Shown here in pieces: positions 55,639-63,581 of a stretch of 64,000 nucleotides of DNA. Each line of letters begins with the position of its first letter. Position 1 is the stretch's first letter. The notes below the pieces were generated by a model, which saw only the letters and a list, made by a program, of their open reading frames with translations, was not told where the DNA came from and did no database searches. Source of the DNA: Macrostomum lignano (taxonomy: Eukaryota); the NCBI GenBank assembly GCA_002269645.1, contig NIVC01002507.1, positions 2,281-66,280 on the forward strand, in the 5' to 3' direction. The translations under genes were made by a program, and so were the position numbers.

Positions 55639-56607
55639 GAGTCAGCTATACTATTTATGCAAAGGCGTCAAGTTTGATTTCATAATCCCTACTACTCGTA
55701 TTATCAACTCTCTTTTCGTTTGCGACCAGACAGCTAAAATTGATGCTCAAAGGGTCTGCTGCCTTCTTTAACAATTAACATTATTTCACAGCTTATAGAA
55801 GATTCTCTAACTGTGCTCAAAGTTTTGCTTACAGTCCGAAGCCTTCGAGTGCAGTTTGTATTGCATCGGTTGTTGCTGTACAGCTGAAAATACAGATCTT
55901 TTCCACCTCCGCTTGCTTAGGTGAGCCTCCATGTCAAAGCCAGTCAGAACCACAACGGCATTGTCAAGATGGTCAGTCAGAATCTTCCATTTGCAGTTGA
56001 GCCCTTCCTCAGGCACAGGCTCTCCGTAAGTTTTAGGAATGATTCGATCTTCAATGAACTCGAGTTTTAGGCTGAGCTGGAACTCATTGGTGTTGCCACG
56101 CGGATAGCAGTACTGGTTGCCTGCCAGAGCTCTGAAGAAGAATGGGCGGGACAGTAGATTTATTGAAAATGGACAGTTAAAAGTTACTGGCCTACTTAAT
56201 ATTTGGTCTCCTAAACGTTTTTTCTAAGCTATTTTTGGCATAATGTGTTGTTGATTATGCGATTAATTGGCTTTTCGGTCGGTACTTCAGGTATTTCTTG
56301 CATATAGACCTGTTAAGTAATATTTTTTATATTTTAATAATATATGGAATGTATTATTATCATTAGCTATGCTCTATACGCATGAACGTGTAGAAATGCC
56401 ATCGATTTTGGGGGCACCATTCTAGCCGAACTCAATACGATAAAATGGGTGAGTATCTACTTACTGTCCTACTGATAGTAAAAAAGACAAGAAAATTTCG
56501 TGTAAAGAACAAGTGCTTTTTAACCAGCTACAGTACTATGATATAATGTAATTGTCTTTAGTACAATAATGTACGTTGACAGTGCCAGACTCACAAGGAC
56601 AGGCCCC

Positions 56608-57182
56608 ATATTCGAAATCCATCAGTAAAATCTACTCCCTTATTCGAAATCCATCAGTAAAAGCTACTCCCATATTCGAAATCCATCAGTAAAATCTACT
56701 CCCATATCCGAAATCCATCAGTAAAAGCTACTCCCATATTCGAAATCCATCAGTAAAAGCTACTCCCATATTCGAAATCCATCAGTAAAAGCTACTCCCT
56801 TATTTGAAATCCATCAGTAAAAGCTACTCCCATATCCGAAATCCATCAGTAAAATCTACTCCCTTATTCGAAATCCATCAGTAAAAGCTACTCCCATATT
56901 CGAAATCCATCAGTAAAAGCTACTCCCATATTCGAAATCCATCAGTAAAAGCTACTCCCATATTCGAAATCCATCAGTAAAAGCTACTCCCATATTCGAA
57001 ATCCATCAGTAAAATCTACTCCCTTATTCGAAATCCATCAGTAAAATCTACTCCCATATTCGAAATCCATCAGTAAAAGCTACTCCCATATTCGAAATCC
57101 ATCAGTAAAATCTACTCCCTTATTCGAAATCCATCAGTAAAAGCTACTCCCATATTCGAAATCCATCAGTAAAAGCTACTCC
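56608..57182. repeat. 32-bp minisatellite (ATATTCGAAATCCATCAGTAAAAGCTACTCCC) x ~18
   Basis: Tandem array in intron 1 of copy G; the last unit is cut by the Maverick terminus. Confidence 0.95.
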
Positions 57183-57282
57183 AGTAGTAGTATGTTATAA
57201 GGGGCTGCGCCACACTTAATTGCTCGGGCGCATTGCGCGCCAGCTCGCTGGATGACTCAGCCCCTTATAACATACTACTACT
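57183..57282. other. Perfect 25-bp inverted repeat at the element terminus
   Basis: AGTAGTAGTATGTTATAAGGGGCTG (57183-57207) pairs with CAGCCCCTTATAACATACTACTACT (57258-57282) around a 50-nt spacer. Confidence 0.9.
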
Positions 57283-58408
57283 ACCAGGAGGTCATGGATT
57301 CAAGTGGGGGTGTGATAAATATAAAAATACATATATCTGTGACTGAGGGTGTTGAGGGTGAGGGCATGTGGGGGCATTGGCCTGTGGTATATTTCACAGA
57401 ACACAGAATTTCCGGAATTTTTATACTTTTAAAAAGGGGGGGTGCCCTCGCCCTCATGCCCTCACTCATTTTGAAAATCACTAAAAACAGGTGAAAAATG
57501 ACTAAAAACAGGTGAAAATGGTCTGAAAACAGCGATTTTTTGTGATTTTCTAATTTTTTTAAAAAGTGCAATTTTCACGATTCCAGCTCTAAAACCATGA
57601 GAAAAGTTGGATCCTCGGGTCAATTTAATGCAATTTCAGGTATATACAATATGAAAGTGTCATCCAATTCAACGATAGTAAATTATATATATATAAAATG
57701 GCCTTCAGTAAACCAATATTTCTAGGAAATGCTTTAGATATTCAGTCAGCTATAACAAAACTGCCACTTGTCAACTCTGCAACAATGAAAAGCAGCACTC
57801 AACATTTCTATTGGCTTGCTGAAACATGAATAAATTCTGATGCAGATTTTGCACAATAGAATTACTTCTGAATTGCAAAATAAAATTCTCCTTCACCCTG
57901 TGGGACTGAATGTATTCGAATTGTAGACAGCATTGTTATCACGATGACTAAGAATCATGGCTTCTTCCATATCTTCATCACCTCTGTCTTCTATTCTCTC
58001 TGACTCACTCAAAAACCCTCCAGCATCATGCAAAGAATTAAAGGTTTAGATTAGCTGCGAACAGCCATTCATCAACTCCCCTCCAAGCTGCTACAGCATG
58101 CATTTGCAACCCACTTCAATGCCACACTTATTGCTCGGGCGCATTGCGCGCCAGCTCGCTGCCGCTGGATGACTCAGCCCCGTATAACACACTGCTACTC
58201 ACTCACTCTAGAGAGAAAAAATCTGTCACTGCCACAGGGCAGTGGCAAGGCAGTGGCAGGGCAGTGGCAGGGCAGTGGCAGGGCAGTGGCAACCAATTAG
58301 CGGCTGGCATAAGACATTTTAGACAGCATTTAAGGGCATACCCAAAATAAAGTATCCGCAACAAGTGTCCTCTGCTTAAATTATCAGTTTTCATTCCGAA
58401 CGAACAGA

Positions 58409-58824
58409 ATGCCCGGAAATCCAACTAGGCGTGCTAGAATACTTGTGAACACACAAGAGAGAAACAATTTGAGAGGTTTGATTCACACACAATACCCCAA
58501 TACTAGCTTCGTCACGTCTACAAATGAGAATCAATTCCTTGAGCATTATCGCGTATACTTCGACAAAATTGAGAACGACATTGCGATGCTTAGGCTAGTT
58601 AAAAAACCATTGCGAAGGATCGTTCTATCTTAGAAAATCAACGCCAACTAGAAATCGAGCGCTCGCTAGATGTAGACGTTCCAGAGGCACCTCCGACATA
58701 CGAGGATGCTCAACAACAAGCTGCTCAAAACCAAGCTGCTCAAGACCAAGCTGCTCAAGACCAAGCTGCTCAAAACCAAGCTGCTCAAGACCAAGCTGCT
58801 CAAGACCAAGACATGAGTGACTAA
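58409..58824 (+). pseudogene. Maverick small ORF with a PPxY motif and QAAQD repeats; one frameshift at an A6 run (~58601-58606)
   Basis: MPGNPTRRARIL...RLVKK continues in the -1 frame as TIAKDRSILENQRQLEIERSLDVDVPEAPPTYEDAQQQAAQNQAAQD...DMSD*. Confidence 0.55.
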
Positions 58825-59091
58825 GGACTATCACTGTGACTGTGACTAAGGAGGACTGTAAGGACTGTGACTAAGGATTGTCATTGTGACTGTGACTAAG
58901 GATTGTTATGCATCGTCTTATAAGTTTCTTTTAAAATATACCAAGATCTTTTATCAGCCATCTGTTTTGTGTAACATGTCGCTTTGGATTATTGTCTCGA
59001 CTTGTCTTAAAATTCAGTCTATTAAGTACTCAATGGAATGTATACAAACACTTTACAAGTAAAAATAAAGAAATAAAAAAATCTCTATAAA

Positions 59092-61341
59092 ATGGCCTTC
59101 AATAAACCACTATTTCTTGGTTCTGCATTAGACATTCAGTCAGCTATGACAAAACTGCCACCCATCTTCTCTACTGGAAAATATCCTGGAGAATTTCATA
59201 TTCCAGGGTATTCTTTTGCAGGTTACCTTGTGGCCTGAGTGAGGAAAGTCAATGTCCTTGCTAGTCATCGAGCAGAGCTCGCGTCCCTTCAGGGCGATCG
59301 ATAAGCACTTGTTAAATTTTTTAAAGTAAAAATGGAGCAAAAAATTCGAGAAATTCTCTTGAAACCAATTGACGACAAGGTGGGGTATGACCAAATTCTT
59401 TGCGATTTATTTCAAGAAGAGCTAATAATTTCACACAAGATTAAAGTTATTCAAATGAGACTAGGTAGACTATATGAAGTTTTAGCAGAAAAATATTTTG
59501 GATTCGAAAAGGTAAAAAAGATTGACCTGGTTCACGTTGAGCGAAAGATTGCATTAGAGCTTAAATCTTCTGATAACACAGACAATTCCTCAAGTCGTGA
59601 AAGTAACTATCGGAAACTATTAGACTATAAAAAGTCTAATCCCACCTACCAGTTGTTTTATGTATGCATCAATAAAACTGCAAACGAACCTAAGAATATT
59701 TTACTAGACAATGGAATCACCCTTAAAACAGGAGAATTTGCATTGAAATTTCTTTATCGGGATAAATACACAAACATTATAACCAAGGTTAAACAAGTGC
59801 TTAGTGAATGGCGACACCTTCAAATTGCGGGAACTCCTTCAATAGCCTCAAGTACCACTTCAGCTGAGAAATCTTCTGAAGGAACACAGGTAATTCCTGT
59901 TCCCAACGGTAACAAGCTTGAGGACATGGTGGAAATCCGCAGCCAAGCTCCTAAGTCCGATCTTTGATCGAGTACCTATGGTACGTCCATTAAAGTTGAC
60001 AAGGATATGGAGAAGGTTCAGAGACTTTATGGAGGTGGGGCTGAAGGATCTGGTCAATCCTGATGATGCCTTAAGATAAAGTCCAGCCTCTTTCGAAAGA
60101 CTGAGGATCAACTGCCCGGTACAAATTTAGACAAGAGACTCAATCCAATTACAGACCGGCCTCGGTATGACAGTCTACCAATTAACCCAATCGATTGGAC
60201 TGCTTACTATCATGACAAAAACTATAGAGATGCTGAAAACACTTCTTCAAATCCAGAGGAAGCTCTAGCAAAGAAGCATATAGCTGATGAAAAAATGATA
60301 GCTGATTTAGATGCTATTCCAACCAGTGACTTGTCTGTGAAAGAGAGACTCATTCGAAATCTAGTAAAGCGTATTATCAAGGCTAAAGTTCGGTTTGGAT
60401 TAGGCATTCATACTCACAACCCCAACAATTGTATAGACTGTCTAACAATTTATGGTAAGGGTCTTAGCTATGAAGATGCAGTAAAATTGCATAAAGAATA
60501 TCGAAAGCCAAGAGTATTTAGAAAAATGATTCACTATGCAAAAGACACAATTTGGCATGCAGATATCATTATCCTACCGCCCGAAAGAGGTTACAAATAT
60601 GCTCTAACTATCATAGATGGTTTTACACGTTACGCCTGGGCAGTTCCTTTGAAAACAAAGACGGGAGCGGAAGTTGCAGAAGCTTTCCAAAAAGTATTTA
60701 AGGAATCAGGAAGACGATCAGAGAGACTTTGTGTAGATGAAGGCAAGGAGTTTTATAATCAGCATATGTACAAGCTATACTCGTTTTCAAAAGACAACAT
60801 TAGAAAGAAGGATGAAAGGGGTGAATATATAAACAAGATGTTTTCAATTTATGGCGAGTCCAAGAATGCAATGATTGAGAGGTTCAATCGTACTCTCACA
60901 AATAAACTCTGGTTTGAATTTGATCTACAGGGTAATCAGAAGTGGCTCCACACATTGCCAGCTATTGTTGAAAAATACAACAACACAATCCATTCTGAGA
61001 TTCTGATAACTTCTTCAGAAGCATCTAAACATCCTGAGCGAGTACCAAAGCCAACTTTCGAGTATTCAAATGAGAAACCAAACTTCAAAGTAGGTGACAA
61101 AGTTCATATCTATAGATATAAGGAGCACTTTGAAAAGGGTCGAAGAGGATATTGGAAAATTTCAGAAGTGTTTAGGATAAAGAAAATAGTTTACTCCAAT
61201 CCCATAACCTACATTATTGAGGATGAGAATGGAGAAGAAATCATTGGATCATTTTACAAATCCCAGCTTCTACCAGCAAATTTTTCAACTAAAAATGAGC
61301 GCCTATCGAACAAACTGCAAACGGGCGAAAGGTCAGATTGA
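59092..61341 (+). CDS. Spliced PLA2(X)-integrase fusion, join(59092..59223,60115..61341), 452 aa
   Basis: Ligation restores EFHIPGYSFAG|PGTNLDKRL (parvovirus-type PLA2 Ca-binding loop), then IDWTAYYHDKNY..ADEKM (catalytic HD/D) and KAKVRFGLG. In the same frame follows the integrase with an intact DDE triad (WHAD, CVDEGKEF, IERFNRT) and an SH3-like C-terminus (KVGDKV..NPITY). Confidence 0.9.
59224..60114 (+). ncRNA. Group I intron ribozyme, subgroup IC1 (891 nt)
   Basis: 5' exon ends in U59223, which forms a U.G pair with G59233 in P1 (CAGGU/GCCUG). P AAAUUGCGGGAA 59822-33, Q AAUCCGCAGCC 59934-44, R GUUCAGAGACUU 60016-27, S AAGAUAAAGUCC 60073-84. P3 CACCUUCA 59815-22/UGGAGGUG 60030-37. P7 with bulged A60022 and G60023-C60083. 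P5a 59846-53/59916-23; P5b with GAAA loop 59868-71; 11-nt receptor CCUAAG 59950-55/UAUGG 60006-10. P8, P9 with a GAAA loop, P9.0 AG/CU, omega-G60114. Confidence 0.95.
59332..59967 (+). CDS. Intron-encoded PD-(D/E)xK endonuclease, putative homing endonuclease (211 aa)
   Basis: Own AAAA-ATG start. Motif LGRLYE..KIDL-x10-ELKSSDNTDNSSS, which from memory resembles Eco47II-family restriction enzymes. Looped out by a perfect 12-bp stem (59302-59313/59792-59803). The 3' end overlaps the ribozyme core. Confidence 0.72.
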   Translation: MEQKIREILLKPIDDKVGYDQILCDLFQEELIISHKIKVIQMRLGRLYEVLAEKYFGFEKVKKIDLVHVERKIALELKSSDNTDNSSSRESNYRKLLDYKKSNPTYQLFYVCINKTANEPKNILLDNGITLKTGEFALKFLYRDKYTNIITKVKQVLSEWRHLQIAGTPSIASSTTSAEKSSEGTQVIPVPNGNKLEDMVEIRSQAPKSDL

Positions 61342-61717
61342 AACGTCTGATTCACAACTACTAGCTGATAAAGAGGGTGAAGGAATTGGTGATATGATCA
61401 GTGGTGTCACAAACTTTTTATCAAATCATGGAAGTAAAATTGTTAGTGGAGCTGATGCAATAGGTAAAACAGCTACCACAGCGAAGAACATATTCGATGC
61501 GAAGAAATCATACAGTGACATGTCTAAAGCAGGTGAGGAACTGGAATATATTAAAAAGAAACGTAGAGATAAAGAAGCAAAGAAAAGAATGGAAGAAGAG
61601 CAACAGATAGCTTCTCAATCAAATAAGGCTATTCAAGATATTGTTAAAAAGGCTCTAGGAACAGCAGAACAGTCTCAAGTGTCTTTGAGACAAGGCAATG
61701 GTTTGAAGAAATTCTGA
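61295..61717 (+). CDS. Probable Maverick virion core/membrane-active protein (140 aa)
   Basis: AAAA-ATG at 61295. GEGIGD and GNGL motifs typical of protease-processed Maverick/adintovirus core proteins; basic coiled-coil segment. Confidence 0.55.
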   Translation: MSAYRTNCKRAKGQIETSDSQLLADKEGEGIGDMISGVTNFLSNHGSKIVSGADAIGKTATTAKNIFDAKKSYSDMSKAGEELEYIKKKRRDKEAKKRMEEEQQIASQSNKAIQDIVKKALGTAEQSQVSLRQGNGLKKF

Positions 61718-61725
61718 CCTTAAAA

Positions 61726-62177
61726 ATGAGCGAGAAAAACACTGAAGCAAGACTCAATCGATATGTTCGAGAGGGAAAACCAAGATATGTTACTGTAAAT
61801 AAGCAAAAGCAATATCTTTCTAAAGAGAAGATTCGAGAATTGCAAGAGAAACAGAAAGAACATGAAGGTGGAATAATTCCTCTATTAGGCTTACTACCAG
61901 CAATTTTGGGTGGTATCGGAGCAGCCTCAGGAGTTGGTACAATGATTGCAAAAAGTGTTAATACAGCCAACAATGCTAAACATAATAAGACAATAGAAAG
62001 CATTGAACGGCAAAAACTAGAAGAGTTGAAAAAGGCTCAAGGGAGTGGAGTATTAGTTGATGCGGCTAAAAGAGTCGAACAAGTACCAGCGAAGCAGTCA
62101 AGTGGCTGCTAAAGACTTTTAAAGTTGAAAAGGAGAAACAGGGTAATGGGATAATTCTTAGACCTCATGAAGCTTAG
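61726..62177 (+). pseudogene. Probable Maverick core protein with a hydrophobic GGIIPLL segment; frameshift near 62090
   Basis: HEGGIIPLLGLLPAILGGIGAASG and QGSGVL. A second frame continues EAVKWLLKTFKVEKEKQGNGIILRPHEA*. Confidence 0.55.
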
Positions 62178-62197
62178 TTGAAATTTCTCGTATAAAA

Positions 62198-63560
62198 ATG
62201 GAAAACAAAAAGGATATACTGAATCTATATGAGGACAAAACTTTTAGTTTTTTCAAAAAGAAAGAAGACTATATTAAGATTTCTCCAACTCCAGGTAGCA
62301 CTAATAATCTCAATGTTGCAGGAGGTCAAATAGTTCATGAAGTCAATTCAACAGAGTCATACATTCTCATGTCAGAGGCATTCGGTTGTATAAAATACTC
62401 AATAACACAACGAGATAACACCGACTTGAATACGAACATTACTCTAGAACATAATTGGCCTATGAGACTTTTCTCTCAACTCATAGTTGACATTGGAGGA
62501 ACAAAGAAAGTCTATAATGATCCTGGAGAGTATGACACAATCTTAAAGTCCGTAATGTACTCAAAATTAATGAATGAAGTTGGAGAAGCATACGGATGGA
62601 TTCCAGACACTGGAGATGCTGGGACTGTTTCTGATATACCTCTAGCAAACAACGCAGATGCTGAAGCTGTGAGAACTGCAGCAATCGCTATGAAAAATAG
62701 ACTCAATAAGAAGGATTCGAATACTGGATACATTAGGAGGCTTGAAAATTAAATAATGTCACTAATGCTCCAAACAGAGGTGGAACAATCAAACTATCAT
62801 TAACACCCTCATTGGGTTCCTTGATTGGCAGAAGATTAGCAAAGGAATTAAATATAAATTCACATGGACAAGAAAGACTAACGATGCTGAAATTTTCTTT
62901 GGAGCTGCCGGGACGGAAGCTAAGTTAACTATTAATAGCTTTGAGATTTGGATCCCTGCTATTACTTTGTCACCCAGTGCTGAAGCAGCTTTTCTAAAAT
63001 CACTCAACAAGGACATTACAGTATCATTTCCAGAGAGGGTAACGGTTCCACCACAACTCATTCAAGGAAGTCCATATACATGGAACATAGCCAACATCTC
63101 CAATATGCCACTTGCAATCTTTGTAGCTTTCAAATATGACGTAAACAACCCATCATATATAGTTAATGATCACAAGTATGTGTCTTACAAAACTGGAGCA
63201 AATGCAGTGAAAATAACCCAGCTTCAAGTCAGATTAAATCAGGTGATGTATCCGAATGATTATGTTGAAATTGATCCAGTAGCTCAAGACATTCACAGAG
63301 CGTATGAAATGTACGAAGACATCTGCAGCCGTTTCGGTGTAACTCCTCCATTCAATAAACAAGACTTTCTAACCATCTATCCAATCTTTTGCTTTGATCT
63401 AACAGCTCAAGATGAGTTTCTGGTCAAGAGTGGAGTGAATATTCAATTATTTATCAAGAAGTCAACAAATGTTGAGCTGACTGCTTTTGCACTAATTCTT
63501 GAACAAACAAAGAATGTAATCAAAGTTACCAGTGAGTATCAAATGACCCGCGTCGAATAA
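62198..63560 (+). pseudogene. Maverick major capsid protein (double jelly-roll), broken by frameshifts between ~62745 and ~62815
   Basis: N-part LFSQLIVDIGG..YNDPG; bridging frame LIGFLDWQKISKGIKYKFTWTRKTND..IWIPAITLSP; C-part ITQLQVRLNQVMYP..YEMY..PIFCFDLTAQDE. Confidence 0.82.
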
Positions 63561-63581
63561 GGTCATTTTTTCTTTTTTTAA

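Larger units (their letters stand above)
50156..56131 (-). pseudogene. Copy G of the receptor gene; exon 1 and promoter missing from the window, tail frameshifted
   Basis: Exons 55833-56131, 52587-52665, 52247-52494, 50814-50988, 50156-50711. Intron 2 holds a piggyBac and a SINE. Intron 1 runs into a 32-bp array and then the Maverick. Confidence 0.7.

Noticed and set aside
58595-58610. Programmed -1 frameshift at the A6 run
   Set aside because: No in-frame X XXY YYZ heptamer; a mutation or sequencing indel is simpler.
59222-60114. Reading the PLA2 interruption as a spliceosomal GT-AG intron (CAG|GTTACC looks like a donor)
   Set aside because: There is no AG at the position needed to restore GPG (the 3' end is CAACTG|CCC). 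The U|..G boundaries and full ribozyme core fit group I.
60295-61341. Met 60295 as the true start of a stand-alone integrase
   Set aside because: The frame is open upstream through the PLA2 catalytic motif to 60115, and it joins exon 1 after splicing.
61200-61341. C-terminal chromodomain on the integrase
   Set aside because: The ORF ends shortly after the SH3-like region without chromodomain motifs.
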